A program made the position numbers and the translations under genes. A stretch of 64,000 nt of DNA, from the NCBI RefSeq assembly GCF_036321535.1, contig NC_087436.1, positions 40,550,001 to 40,614,000 on the forward strand. The letters are read 5' to 3'. A model generated the notes under the pieces. That model searched no databases and was not told the DNA's origin. It saw only the letters and a list, made by a program, of their open reading frames with translations. Positions 1 through 13,524 of this stretch are shown piece by piece. This DNA is from Camelus dromedarius. Taxonomy: Eukaryota. Each line of letters begins with the position of its first letter. Position 1 is the stretch's first letter.

Positions 1-440
1 GATTACATTTGTTATGTTATGATGCATAATCCCAGTAATGTTTTAGACTTTACAAATCTAGTTTTACCTATCCTTTACTCTTTTTTGTGAGATATTGTTT
101 ATTATAAAACTCTTGTGCTCCTGCCATACATACCAAAACAAAAGGTCATTTTACAGGCACTTTATGTTATAGTCAAGAACAAAAGAAAATAATATGATGC
201 TGTGAAATGTCGTACTGTAACAGGGTGGACACTGTCTTGCTATGCCTTTTTAATATCAGCTTAAAGTATACACATTACAAAAAAGCAAGTGGAAGAACAT
301 TTAGTTGGGACTCATTTTTGCAAAAATCATATGCCTTTATACGTACTGATAACTTTGGGAAGGACAGACAATAATCTGTTGACAGTGGTTTATATAAGGA
401 CAGGATATTTTTACTTTTCATTATATATCCCTTTGTACTC

Positions 441-737
441 TTTTTTAATTGAAGTATGTTTGGTTACAATGTATCAATTTCTGGTGTACAGCACAATGTC
501 CCAGTCATGCATATATTTGTTTTCATATTCTTTTCCATTAAAAGTTATTACAAAATATTGAATATAGTTCCCTGTGCTACAGAAGAATTTTTTTATCTAT
601 TTTTATATATAGTGGCTAACATTTGCAAATTTTATCCCTTCCCACCAATTTTCCCCCAGTAACCATAAGATTGTTTACTATGTCTGCAAGTATGATGAAC
701 TCATCTACAAAACAGAAACAGACTCTCAGACATAGTA
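441..737 (-). mobile_element. Short L1 3'-end insertion with a 5' inversion
   Basis: T-rich start followed by antisense L1 3'UTR-like sequence (441-690), then a sense-oriented piece (691-737) that overlaps the same L1 segment. Similar 3' ends occur at 3921, 11463, 15108 and 44657. Confidence 0.7.
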
Positions 738-3700
738 TCTTTTACTCTTAGATTTTCAGTGATTTCTCATAATAAAGTGCATAACATACTTAAAGATAAT
801 TTTATTGCATGTACCCCAAATACTATTTCCATTTCATCTTTTACCACATGCCTCTCATACTAAGTGCTGAAGAAGTTTTAAATTATTTGCAGTTCACTAA
901 CAAATCTTGTATGTACTGTTCCCTCTGTCTGGGATCTTCCCCTTCTCTCTCACAATGTGGAAATCATCTGGTACTCCTTCATGACTTAGGTTTTACCTCC
1001 TGTGGGAGGCTTCTACCCCAAGCTGATTTAAGTTTCTATTTCTCTGTACAAATTTTTAACTCTATATAGCCATCAAACATTTTGCAATAGTGTATCATAT
1101 CAAAGTTATCAATAGGCTTGGTGGGTTCCTACTGGAAACCACTGTAAGTGGAGGCAGTGTAGTTTTTTGTAACACCTTTTAAATATTTGTTGCTAAAAGG
1201 TGAATAAATACTAATTGTTGGAGAATGAATGAATAAATAATTCTAATAAGGAACAATGGAGGTAAGTTGTAGGGAGTCTTGGCCAAACTAAATGTCAAAT
1301 GTCAGATCCTGATTGTCATTAATTTTAGTCAGAATTAAATAATAGTAAACTCATTGTTCTTAGGACTCATAGGCTCTGGAGGCAAATGAGAGTCACTTTA
1401 ATAATAACTTGAATGACTTGCTTTTGTCCCCATCTGTCTGGGGACATTCTCCAGCCTCCTCTGGTGTCTGTGTCTGAGGATTCCTGTCCTTCCTGGGGAT
1501 GGCCCACGTGGGCTCTCAACCTTCATTAAATATATACTTGAAATGTCCACTCTGACCTTCCTCTCCTGCTCTGGCCTCCCTGGGCGGTATCTCTGGCTCC
1601 CAAGTGTACTTGAGGGAGCCTCACTGCTGCCAGTCCTGATGGCCCCCACCAGGTGAAGTCACCAAGACTGTTGGCTCCAAAGTGTCCCAAAGCCATAATC
1701 TTCAGATTTCAGAGAGGGGCAGTGGTAAGAATAAACTTTCTTTTTCTGATTGTCACTCCTCTCTGTTGCTTACGCACTCCAGGCAGAACTGTTATTCCTG
1801 TTATTCCGCCACATCTTGAAGCGCTCTCCAGGAATCAGTGCTGTCAGTCTCTGCTGTTCTCAACAGGGGCTCAGCGAAGAAGAAAAAATCGTCCAGAAAG
1901 TTGAGGAAAGTTCACTCACCATTGGTCTAGTTTCTTGCCCAGTAGAGACCTTGAGTACCATATGGGTTTTCCAGGACTGCTATAACCAATTATCTCACTG
2001 GTTGTTTGAATGCTTTATTTATCAGTTTATGTTCCTTTTCTTTCCCTGCATTTCCCCTCTAAAGCCTTTTGGTGGAGAACAGCAAGGCAGGTGTCTGTGA
2101 TGGGAGAATCCAGGACCTATGGAAGATGAGGAAAGGATCATATATAAGGGGCTGGACTGGCATGGGAAGTTGGAGCCCAAGCAGCAGTGAGGTGTCCTTC
2201 TAGGTCAGGGATGGGTGTGGCCTGCCCAGGAAAGGGGAGGAGTCTATCCAGGCCAGGGAAGGGGTTTGTGGCAGAGATGGGAGCTTGGTTATAGTCAAGA
2301 CTATTGATCAGATGAATTAAACAGTTAGGATAACAGAAGTAGATTTCTTTCTCATTTGGGGGGAAGGGAGTTACACATAAGGAGAGGGGGAAAAAAAGAA
2401 TATGTAAATATTTTACTTATATGTTTATTTACTTATAAACGGATAGATAAAAATATTCCTTCACTCTCTCCATTGAAAAGACATAGGAAAAGCAACACTC
2501 CAAGTATAATCTGTGTTCAAAAGACTTTACTATATTAAAAAGCAGGGAGATGCTCAAAGGATGAGGGGCACGTGTCAGCAAGACTCAGAACCCAGATGGA
2601 ATGGGTTCTTTCTGGGCAAATTGGTGGTTATTTGAGTCTGTTTGGAAATACCACTTATTTTATACTATGTTTTCATCTTATTGTTAAGAGATTCTCACCT
2701 GCTTAGAAACTGAAGAAAACCCCTGTCATGTAAGTTTTTTCATTGTGGCAAAAATTTACAAAAATTGCTTAACATAAACTTTTGGGGGGGATCCTTCCTC
2801 TAGATACCAAAATAATCTCACTGTGTTGAGGACGAGATCTTTTGTAAGGATGCACTACCTTTTTGTGAGTAAATGTGGGGCACGGGGACAGAAAACACTT
2901 CTCTGCAAAACCCAGTAGCATGGATGGCCGCTCCAGTGGCTGCAGAGTCTGCTGCCTGAGGGAGGGAGACGAGAGGGCTTGTCTTAAAGTCTCTTTGCGT
3001 GTCAGACACTTCTCAGGCGCAGTGTGTGTTTTGGGTGCCTTCATATAGATTTTGTGAGCACAAAATCCCTGTCCATTCAAGTCGCACTTTGCTGTTATCA
3101 CTGAATAGCTTTTATTAGGCGTCGCCAGTGCAAGGTCTTGCAGTGTTTGCCTGCCAGAGAGCTATATGAAACAAAGGAATTAATATCAGGCCTGTTTTAA
3201 GAAAATCAATCTAATATTTCTTGTTGTCTAATCTAATAGTCCTGAGCTAAGCATACACTGAAGCAGAGACAGTGTTTTATCACAATATCTTTGCCTTGCA
3301 TGAATCAACACACTAAGTCAGTCTCCTAAATTAGTATCCCCTCTCCTGTTCTTCCTAGCATGTTATCAGAGCTTCTACCGTTAGCTAAACTGGGTTTAAT
3401 AGTTTATGCTATTGGGGTGTGTGTACTCTGTGTTACTGTTTAACTGTTTGCCTGAAGTCAGTTATGAAGCAGGCAAATAATGGTGTCAATTTGTAAGTGG
3501 TGTTTGGGAGCAGCATATATGCACTAGGTCTGTCTGTGTAAGATTCTGTCAAAGAAAGTAAAGATTTGAATGGGAACTCTTTTCAAGCGCAGTGAGAGAA
3601 CATCACTTAGACAACATCTGTGTTCCCTTCAGCTTCATAACTACAGGGTTAAGCTCAGCAGCTAGTCTTACATTTCATATTAGCCTCTGCCCTGGAAAGA

Positions 3701-3920
3701 CTCACTGTTTCTGTTCAAACACAGGCCAACCAAGGGGTGGGGAGATGGGGATACCTGTGGGAAAATTCTGTAACTCATAAGAAAGGACAAGAACAATAGT
3801 AATTTGGTATAAAATCTTGTGCCCCAAATCGGCTGATTTAGTAAGTTTTACAAGGCCCTGAGTTCAAAGAAAACAGTGCAAGAGAAAAAGAGTACACTGT
3901 AGCTGTTTTGTAATTATGTC

Positions 3921-4254
3921 CTTTTGTGTCATTTTTTTAGATCCCACATGTAGGTAATATGAACATATTTACAAAACAGAAACAGACTCACAGGCATAGA
4001 AAACAAACTTACGGTTACCAAAGGGAAAAAGTGGGTAAGAATAAATCAGGAGTTTGGGGCTAGCAGATAACAAACTACTATATATGAAATAGATAAACAA
4101 CAAGGTCCTACTGTATAACACAGGGAACCATATTCAGTATCTTGTAATAACTTATAATGAAAAATAATATATATATATGTATATTTGAATCATTATGCTG
4201 TACACCAGAGACCAACACAACCTTATAAATCAACTATATTTCAATTAAAAAAAA
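3921..4254 (+). mobile_element. L1 3' end with a short inverted 5' piece
   Basis: aaacagactcacaggcatagaaaacaaacttacggttacc...tcaactatatttcaattaaaaaaaa is typical L1 3'UTR plus A tail. Bases 3921-3960 are antisense L1. Confidence 0.75.
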
Positions 4255-5075
4255 CAGATTTGCTTCTCTGTCAATGGCACCAGATAAAGGAACTATAGAA
4301 GTTCATCATCTGCTAAGTTTCCCCTTTCGCTGAAATGTGAACCCCATTCTGCACGACATTGTGTTCTGAGCTGCTGGCTCCAGAATGTCGGAAAATGAAG
4401 TAAGTGCAGTGAGGGGCACTGCATGTGGCACAGCTTGTGCATTTCCACGGCTTCCCCTTTGCCAACCTGGGCACGTACCCCAGCTGTGGTGGGAAGAGAA
4501 CGGGTATAGCGGGATTACTTAAGTGTTGATGTCCAACACACTATAATATTGCTTCCTTATTTATGAATTTATGAACATATTGCTACTTCCTCAAATTTTA
4601 TTCAGTCACTTTAACGTAGTTTATATCATCAGAACAAAAACCTAATGCCTGAGAAATAGTACTAACATTTTTTGCATGCTAATAAACATAAAATAATGAA
4701 ATGTATCCTAATTTTTAACTTGAGTCGTTAATTATTCACTCGGTGTTTTCAGATGCTCTTGAGGCTGTGTGGCATGGCTCCGTCAAGAATTTTCAAAGTA
4801 TGTCATTTGGATCTCAGGCAGGAACAGGCTTATAGAGAGGCAGAGTTGATAGTGACCTTGTGCTTACAATTTGAAAAGTATCACAAACAGCACTCCAATA
4901 CTGGACCCATCCAGAATTGTCTTGCCTGTTAAATAAAACTCTTTTGTTACCAGGATTAGAAGAAATCCAACTCAAACTAGCAAGCAAATGGGAAGGATGT
5001 TTATTGTCTCGTTAGCTGGGACTTCCAGGGATGCATTAGGCACAACATTCAGATTCACAAACATGCCATTGATAT

Positions 5076-5119
5076 TCTCTCTCTCTCTCTCTTTCTCTCT
5101 CCCTCTCTCTCTCTCTCTC
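5076..5119. repeat. (TC)n microsatellite
   Basis: Visible directly in the sequence. Confidence 0.95.
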
Positions 5120-5924
5120 ACATGCATGCACACACAGATACGTACAGGCACAGACAGGCACACACACATCTTAATGCTCCAGCAGTGTTTCTGCCATGCT
5201 ACCCTCACTCCGTTCTGATGCAGACAGTTTTAGTTTACCCAGTCAGGCAAGGTGGTCCAGACAGCTTGGGAATCACATCCTGCCAAGGCTATAAATAACT
5301 CTGGGGATAAAATAATCTCCTTAACATCCTTTTAAGTTTCTTACAAGATGCTGAATTTAAACTGGCTCCCTCCTACATGGTCTACGTTTGAGGGACTAGA
5401 GAGAACAAATTAGAGAAAGCTGTGAGACAACGCTGAAGAAAAAAAAAAATGTTTGATGTGTTGCATGTTGGGCTGTGGGTAGCTGCAGCCTGGGGCAGGT
5501 GGTGCATTAGAAAACAGTGAGGCAGTTGGAAAGCTGCTCCGAGTTCTTGTTGTTGCCTTGGGGTATGCAGCGTCTGACTGTTGTGATGGGGATTGATGGG
5601 GGATCTAGGAGAGTGTAATCAGGGAAGCAGGGAAGCCTTGGCTGAGAGAGATTTGAGGTAAACCTTTTCCAGAGGAGAGGTTTGCTGCAGCCCCTCCTCC
5701 TCACCGTCAGACCTCTGCAAGAAAGAGGATGGTAGACGATTTCAATAAAAGGAAGATTTCCTCCTAGTGTTGTTTTTTCCTGCTATTCTACCTACTGGGC
5801 ATTTCATTATGAAAATTTGAATAAACTTAATTTCTACAAAAAATGTACTGGACTTTGAGATTTCATTGATTCTCTAGATCAAATCTAGGGGAAGAGACAT
5901 TAAACAATAGTGGTCCCTTGGACC

Positions 5925-7180
5925 CATGAATAAGGTATCTCCCTCCCTCCTTTTAGGTCTTTAATCTGTATCAACAATGTTTTGTAGATGTTAGTGTACA
6001 GTTCTTGGAAAACTTTTGTCATATTCAGTATTTTAATGGTGCTGTTTTTAAATTTCAAAGTTCTTATTGTTTGTAGCTACTATATAGAAAGTCTACAGAA
6101 TTATTGATCTTCTATCCTGCAACCTTGTAAAACTCCGTTTTTAGTTCAGGTAGCTTTTTTGTAGATGCCATCAAGTTTTGTACATTAAAAAAATCATATT
6201 GTCTACAAATATAGGCGTATTCATTCTCACCAACTCGTGCTATGTTTTTGTTGGTTTTAGTAATAGCCGTCCTAACAAGTGTGAGGTGATACCTCATTAT
6301 TGTGGTTTTGATACTTGTTTCCCTGATGGTTAGTGATACTGAGCACCTTATCATACACTTGTTAGTCATGTGTATGTTTCCTTTGGAGAAATGTCTGAGT
6401 CTATTGACCATTTTTTAATCTGTTTTTTTCTACTATTGAGTTGCAGGAGTTTGATATGTATTTTAGATATTAGTCCCTAACAGGTATAGGATCTGCAAAT
6501 ATTTTCTCTCACTCTGTAGGTTGCCTTTTCATTTTATTGACTGGGGCTTTGGGGCTATGCAGAAGCCCTTTAGTTTATTTCGCTCCACTTGCCAGTTTTT
6601 GCTTTTGTTGCCTGTACTTTTAGTGTCATATTCAAGAAGTCATCCCCAAGACCAATGTCAAGGAGTTTACCACCTGTTTTCTTCCATGAGTTTTGCAGTT
6701 TCAGATCTTACATTTAAGTCTTTAGTCCATTTTGAGCTAATATTTGTGTAGGTGTAAAATGAGGGTCAAATTTCACTCTTTTGCATGTGGCTATCCACTT
6801 TTCGCAGCACCATTTGTTGAAGAGATGATCCTTTCCACATTGTTAGCTGATGATAACCAAGAATACTCCGTTGTATTCCTGGCTCTCTTGTCAAAGAGCA
6901 GGTGATCTTAAATGCATAGGTTTATTTCTGGGCTCTCTTTTCTGTTCCATTGGTCCATATGTCTGTCTTTATTTATCATTCAGTACCATATGGTTTTGAT
7001 TGCTATACCTTTTTTATATATTTTGAAATCATAAAGTGTGATAACACCACCTTTGTTCTTTCTCAGGATTGTTTTAGATATTTGGGATTTTCTGTGGGGA
7101 CATATGAATTTTAGGAAATTTTTATATTTTTATAAAAAAATGTTACTGGGATTTTGATTCTAATTCTTACCTTACTGTGC
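5925..7180 (-). mobile_element. Degraded L1 ORF2 3' fragments
   Basis: ORF 6112..6411(-) gives RHFSKGNIHMTNKCMIRCSVSLTIRETSIKTTIMRYHLTLVR, resembling the L1 ORF2 C-terminal region. Flanks are T-rich antisense L1. Confidence 0.8.
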
Positions 7181-7200
7181 TGTCTAAAAACACTAGTAAA

Positions 7201-7372
7201 GGGGGAGAGTATAGCTCAAGTGGTAGTGCACACGCTTAGCATGCATGAGGTCCTGGGTTCAATCCCCAGTACCTCTTCTAAAATAAATAAATAAATAAAT
7301 CTAATTACCTCCCTCTTCCACAAAAAAAAAAAAAAAAAAAGGAAGGAAGAAAGAAAAGAAAGAAAGAAAGAA

Positions 7373-7444
<72 letters not shown>

Positions 7445-7448
7445 AAAT
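7201..7448 (+). mobile_element. tRNA-Ala-derived SINE, Vic-1-like (camelid)
   Basis: Head GGGGAGAGTATAGCTCAAGTGGTAG...TTAGCATGCATGAGGTCCTGGGTTCAATCCCCAGTACCTC with A and B boxes, an A/(GAAA)n tail, and a 16-bp TSD taaaaacac(t/c)agtaaa at 7185-7200 and 7449-7464. Confidence 0.85.
7341..7447. repeat. (GAAA)n tetranucleotide repeat in the SINE tail
   Basis: Visible directly in the sequence. Confidence 0.95.
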
Positions 7449-10400
7449 TAAAAACACCAGTAAAATGTTAAATAGAAGTATTGAAAGGAGATAATTTTGA
7501 CATGTTTCTAATTTTAGGAAAAAGCATTCAGTCTCTCACCACTGAGTGCTGGTTTTTATACACACCCTTTATGACCTTCAAGAAATTCCCTGCTATCCCT
7601 AGTTTTCAGAGTTTATTTTTAAAAGATTTTGAATTTTGTTAAAAAATTTTCTGGGTTTATTGAGATGATCATATAGTTTATTAATATGATATGATTTGTT
7701 AATATGGTGAATTACATTGATTTATTTTGAAATATTAAGCCATAACTGGGCTAAGCCCTATTTGGTCTTAAGATTATTTTTTATATATTAATGATTCTCT
7801 TCCCTCCATGTCCTCTATATATCTGTATATTCTTTCTAGTGCAACTATTAGTTTGATACTGAATTCTTGGGATTAATATTCTGATTTGCTTATTTTTTGA
7901 TGCTAGTTTAGATTTATTTTGAGAGAATTTCTTTATTTTAACTTCCAATCTTTAAGTCAGGTCTTTTATAAAAAACTTATCTGTCTTATTTTTAATTTCT
8001 AAGAACTCTTCGGTTATTATATTTTTAAAAAATCTGTACTTTCTATTTTGACATTTTATTCTGTTGTCTGCATCATCTCTATTTACTTTGTGTTCCTGTC
8101 TTACTTGTTTGATTTTGTCACAATATTTCCTAGTGGAGAGTTTTCTCAAACATTTGATCTTCATTTTTGGCCTGTTTGTGTTTGCGTTTAGTGATGAGGT
8201 GAGTGTAAGCTGCCTGATGCTTTCTGTACATGAACGAATCTTAGGAACTGGTGTGTTTGACCAGAAACCCCAGGACTTTGTGGAGCAATCCCTAAATAGT
8301 AGTACCTATGTATCTTTCCTCTGGAGCTGTTCGATTTCTTTAGGGGAAAAAATCCTCTAATCTCATGGGAAAGTAAACTCTCATCTGCCAGCAATCTTTG
8401 GGCCAAGTGGCACAGGACAGAAGACACTGACACTTGAGTCTCAGTATGTAAATTCCTATAGTCATCATGTTTTGGCATCATCTCCTAGTTCATCTTGCTG
8501 TGTTTCATGTTACCTAGACTGGAGTATCTCTTGCTTACTGTCTTCAGAGAGAAAACCTTGAAATCCCAGCAAAAGTAAGGGAGCGACAGAAGCCTACGTG
8601 GATTGGTTATGTGGGGAGATCGTGGCACCTAATTGGTCTAATTGTACTTCCTGAGCTTTGAAACAATTCCTTTGTTCAGTACACCCTTTACCTTCAGGAA
8701 ATTTTATTAAAATTATCACCACTGCCTCTTGGAACTAAAGTAATATTAAGATTATTGAACTAACCTTTCCACTGAGCTCATCCTGAGACTGAAGGTAGAA
8801 CGTATGTTTATGATTAGGAACTGTCTCATGGACCTCTTCTTTCTTTTCCATACAGTCACCGACTCTGACCTCCAAGGTCACTCCACAATTTTCCTTGGAT
8901 ACTTCTCACTGCCAGGGAAGATAATATTTATGTTTATGTGTTTAGTGAACTCAGGAATTTAACCTTTAATCTCAGTCCCTCTGAATTTATACTTTATTTC
9001 TTAAAAGTGTCAGACTTCATCAAAAGCAGGACTTATTTTCTTCATATAAATCTAAAAAAGTAATAGCTTAAATTCACATAATGCTTTACAGATCTCAAAG
9101 CATTTTCAGCTGCATGTTTTCGTATGATTATGGTGATAACCCTTATAATATTGATAATTGTTTTAGGTATTTTATGCTGCTTTTCCAGATGGGAATGTAA
9201 AGACTTCTTAATAATCACAAACACAAAAAGTGGTAAAACCAGGATCCAACATGTATTCCTTATCTCACACTGCTTTTCCTATTGGAAAAATTCTAAAAGA
9301 TAAGCCATATATTCTTCTAACAGTGGATTTATTCAAAAGTCTGTTTTGGCAGAAGTCACATCAGTGTGTGCTCTAGCTGGTATCTCACAGTGACCCTGGG
9401 GGAGGCTGCGTATTTTATGTCATTGTCTCTGAAATGATAACTTAACTCACAATTGTTAAAACCTTTTCTTTCTCTGATTGGTCTCCAAACACCACTCACA
9501 CCTTCATGCATCGCTTTTCTTGTATATTGATTTTGTTTGATTATAATTTTCCTCACTGTTTGATATTTAAAATTATTTTAAAATAATTCCCAATAAGAGA
9601 GTATTTTAGAAGAGAATGTTGAGCCTGCAAATATACTTCATGATTTCAGCCGACCCATTGCAAATTTTCTACCTCTCTTGGAGCAGTGTTCCTGAGCAGT
9701 TCGTGAGCAGTGTTGCCAACCAACATTAGTAAGTTTTTGAGTTCCATAATTTAGCTTGTTTTGTTAAAAATATGTGACAAGCTCAGAGTAAGTATGAAAC
9801 ACATTATCTACAATCTGCTAAAGAAACAAATGCGCTGGCACTCAATTGAAATTCTTATAGGAATGTTCTTCTTTACTTCTGACACTTTTAAGAAATAAAG
9901 TATAAATTGAGAGGGACTAAGATTAAAGGTTAAATTCCTGAGTTCACTAAACACTTCTTTACTAATTTCCTTGGTTAAATACATCTTAGATCATATTAGA
10001 ACTGATAATAATTCAAAAAAGAAAATCTTAAGTCCCATTAAACTTTACAGTCATTTTTAAATTGCAAAACTCCATTTATATATTGCAAATACAAGTCCAG
10101 TTCTGCATGCTGTATTGATTTCTGTGATATAACAATCTTTCTTAATCCCTGCTCCTGGAGATCCAGTCTATACAGCTGGGCCCTTTAAACCTGTACACCT
10201 AGGTTGAGCAATGCCTGTGGTTCTGGAATAAATCATGCCCTTAGTTCAGGACTCACACCTCTTTCACAGCAGGCTGGCTCTGGCCTGAGGCAGGTAATTA
10301 GATTTTCGTCTTGTTCCTAAAAGCAGTCATTCCCTTGAGGACACTGGTAATTTCTGCCTGGTCTTTTAGTCTCCTTGCTCATCTAAACAAGATGTTGGAT

Positions 10401-11462
10401 GTTTCATACATAGTATTTCATTTAATAAGGAGGAAAGCATCAAATTGCTTTTGGAATAAATTATTTAAAAAATAACAGTAAGATTATAAGCTTCAAAAGA
10501 GTAAATACTTGTCAAACTGTTACAGCTTTTTCTTTCATACAGATTATAAAAGCAATAGGTAGGTGATAAGTAAACATCATACAGTGGATATCTGATTGTT
10601 TTGCACAATATCCATTCCACCTTTCAAAAAGCACCCCGATCGTATCTTTTCTCAGTCCAAGCCATGTGTTCAAACCTTCTGCACCATATCCTATGGAAGA
10701 ACAATTAGTTTCTACACATACACACACACACACAGAACACAAAAGTGTTTCAGAAAATATTTATTATTCAGAAAATAACAACAAAAGACAGTTATTGCCA
10801 TTAAATGTGATACCCTGTGATAATTTCCTTTTTTCTAGTCTAGAATATTATTTTTAATGGTGTTGAAAATTGATGTATTAACTTTATGACCTGCTAATAA
10901 GATATGAAGAGACTTCATGTAAGTGTTGATGTCTGGCCACTTGAACACTTGGCTTGAACACATGAATTATGCATGAGTTATTTTGTGCCTGCCCCATTTG
11001 TATCATACAGACTTGGAGCCAAGTACCGTGGACAGTATTTATGCCAATGGTAGGAAATATTATAGCAGTTAGATAAAGAAAAGGAACACACCCTTGACAA
11101 TGGTTTAGACTTCATTTCTACTGGCTTATTATTCAGAACAAGTTCCAAATGGATATCTGAGTTACAAAAAAATCAAAAAGCAAAGATAACAACAAGAAAA
11201 TTTCTGCTCGAAAAACTCCTAATGTTAGCATGCAATGTGCCCGAGTAGCATAATGAAACAAAATTGTTTTCATTATTTTGCTCTCTAAATTTACCACAAG
11301 TAACATATTAATAATTCAGTAAAACAGGACAGGTAAACCACTCATTTTCTGTGGAATATGCTATTATGCATTATCAACAGATTATGTGCTAATTGCTTCT
11401 AGTCACTATCTATTTTAAGAATAACTTATCATTGGGCTGAATGCATTGCTTTTATCTATTTA

Positions 11463-12210
11463 TTTTTAAATCTTTTTTTATTTAAGTATAGTTGTTACGT
11501 ATTGTCTTAGGTTCTGATATACAAGAAAGTGATTCAGTTATACATATGTATATATATTCCTTCTCAGATACTCTTTTCCACTATGGTTTATTACAGGATA
11601 TTGTGTATAGGTCCCAGGGATATACAGTAAGACCTTGTTGTTTATTTATTTAATATATAGTGGTCTGTATCTGCCAATCTCAAAAATCCCAATTTATCCC
11701 TCCCCGACCCTTTCCTCTTTGGTAACCATAAGTTTGTTTTCCATGTCTATGGGTCTGTTTCTGTTTTGTAAATAAGTTCATTTGTGTCATATTTTTGATC
11801 CACATATAAGTCATATCACATGATATTTGTCTTTCTCTGTCTGACTTACTTCACTTAGTATGATAATCTCTAGGTCCATCCATGTTGCTGAAAATGACAT
11901 TAGTTTATTCTTTATATGGCTGATTAATATTCCATTGTATAAATATACCACATCTTTATCCAGTCATCTGTCGATGAACATTAGTTTGCTTCCATATCTT
12001 GGCTACTGTAAATAGTGCTGCTAAAAAAAATAGTGCTGCTATGAACATTGGGGTGTATGTATCTTTTCAAATTATAATTTTCTCTGGAATATGCCCAAGA
12101 GTGAGATTGCTGGATCATACAGCAACTGCATTTTTAGTTTTCTAAGGAACCTCCATACTGCGTTCCATAGTGGCTCCACCAATTTGTATTCCCACCAACA
12201 ATGTAGGAGA
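11463..12210 (-). mobile_element. L1 3' end (ORF2 C-terminus plus 3'UTR), 5'-truncated
   Basis: T-rich end, then antisense L1 3'UTR and ORF2 motifs such as ctctaggtccatccatgttgctg and ttcccaccaacaatgtagg. Confidence 0.85.
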
Positions 12211-13317
12211 TGAACCCAATGCTTCTAAATAAATGGTCTTTTTGTATAGAGGACCCTATTTCTAAGGCAAAAGTGAGTAAACTGTTCCTTTCCATTTCTG
12301 CATAAATTTTTCTTCCTATATGTCCCTATTTTAGCAGCTTTTCCTCCTACTTAATCTTATTTTAATGCAGTTTAAAAACTGCTCTCCCTTTTGTAAATGC
12401 TTGGGCATGTGGGACAAGGAATAGCTGGGGCTGAGGAGGGAGTACATTTCAGTGTCTTCCGATGCCCCAGACTTCAAACATCAACTCAGACTGTCCTACC
12501 AAAAGTTCTCTATTCTTACTCTACATCGAACTTTCTTTCTCTGAACTAAACAAAGATACATAAAGGTTTAAACTGTATTTTCCTCATGAGTGCAAAGAAA
12601 TTAGGCATGTTGACTTCATCATCGAGAGTAAACCTAAATAGATTGATATAAAGTGATACTACATTTAAAACTCAAGCTTAAGTCACACTCGGGGGTGTTC
12701 GGTAAGTGTTCTATGTTCTTAGGGAGTTTGTGGAGAACTTTCATCTCCAGACACAGGAGTCAAGGTGCATCCTCTCCACTTTTCATTCTTTTCACTCAAT
12801 TTATTTTTATTATTCTCTTCAGCCTTAAAAAATCATATTGAGGGCTCTTCTGTATTCCAGGTTCATTGTCAATGCTTTTCTTTGGTTCTGAAATCTTGTG
12901 GAACTAAACTAATCTTGTAGAATTATTATAGGATTTGTTTGCTATGTTAGCACTAAAACTGTATGAGTATCTCCTTCATCTCTGGTATGTATTTCTTTTG
13001 CCAAGGATATAACATACCTTGAAATATAAGACCATCTTCAAGCCAGAAACAAGGCAAATTCCAGGATCCTAAATTGTTTATATATTTTAGATTTAAAAAA
13101 TTGTGTCACTCCAAATATAGGATTGGGACTACAATATCTTCAAATAAAACACACTGAGACACACAGTTTATATATATTTTTTCTTTTAATGGTGGTTATG
13201 GTAATCTTAAGAAAAACAACTATTGGCACTAACATTCAGGTATTTCAGAACAATTGAATTCTGTGAAGCTGGAAGAAAACTTTAGGTCCTGAAATATTTC
13301 TCCCTTGTGTTTTATAG

Positions 13318-13524
13318 TAGTGGTTCCATCTGGGGCACTTTGCCACCCAGAGGCATTTGGCAATGTCTGATAACCTTGTCGGTTGTCCCACCTGGGGGAT
13401 GGTGCTACTGGTGTCTAGGCGAGAAAAGTCAGGGATGCTATCAAACATCTACAGTGCATAGGATGGCACCGGACAATGAATAATCTGGCCCAAAATATCA
13501 ATAGTGCTGAGGTGGAGAAACTCT
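13318..13524. mobile_element. MER20-like hAT DNA transposon relic
   Basis: ggcatttggcaatgtctg...ggtgctactggtgtctagg...cagggatgcta...tctggcccaaaatatcaatagtgctgaggtggagaaac matches my recollection of the MER20 consensus. Confidence 0.75.

Noticed and set aside
7201..7275. tRNA-Ala gene
   Set aside because: It has an A-rich tail and a TSD and the stems are imperfect, so it is a SINE head rather than a tRNA gene.
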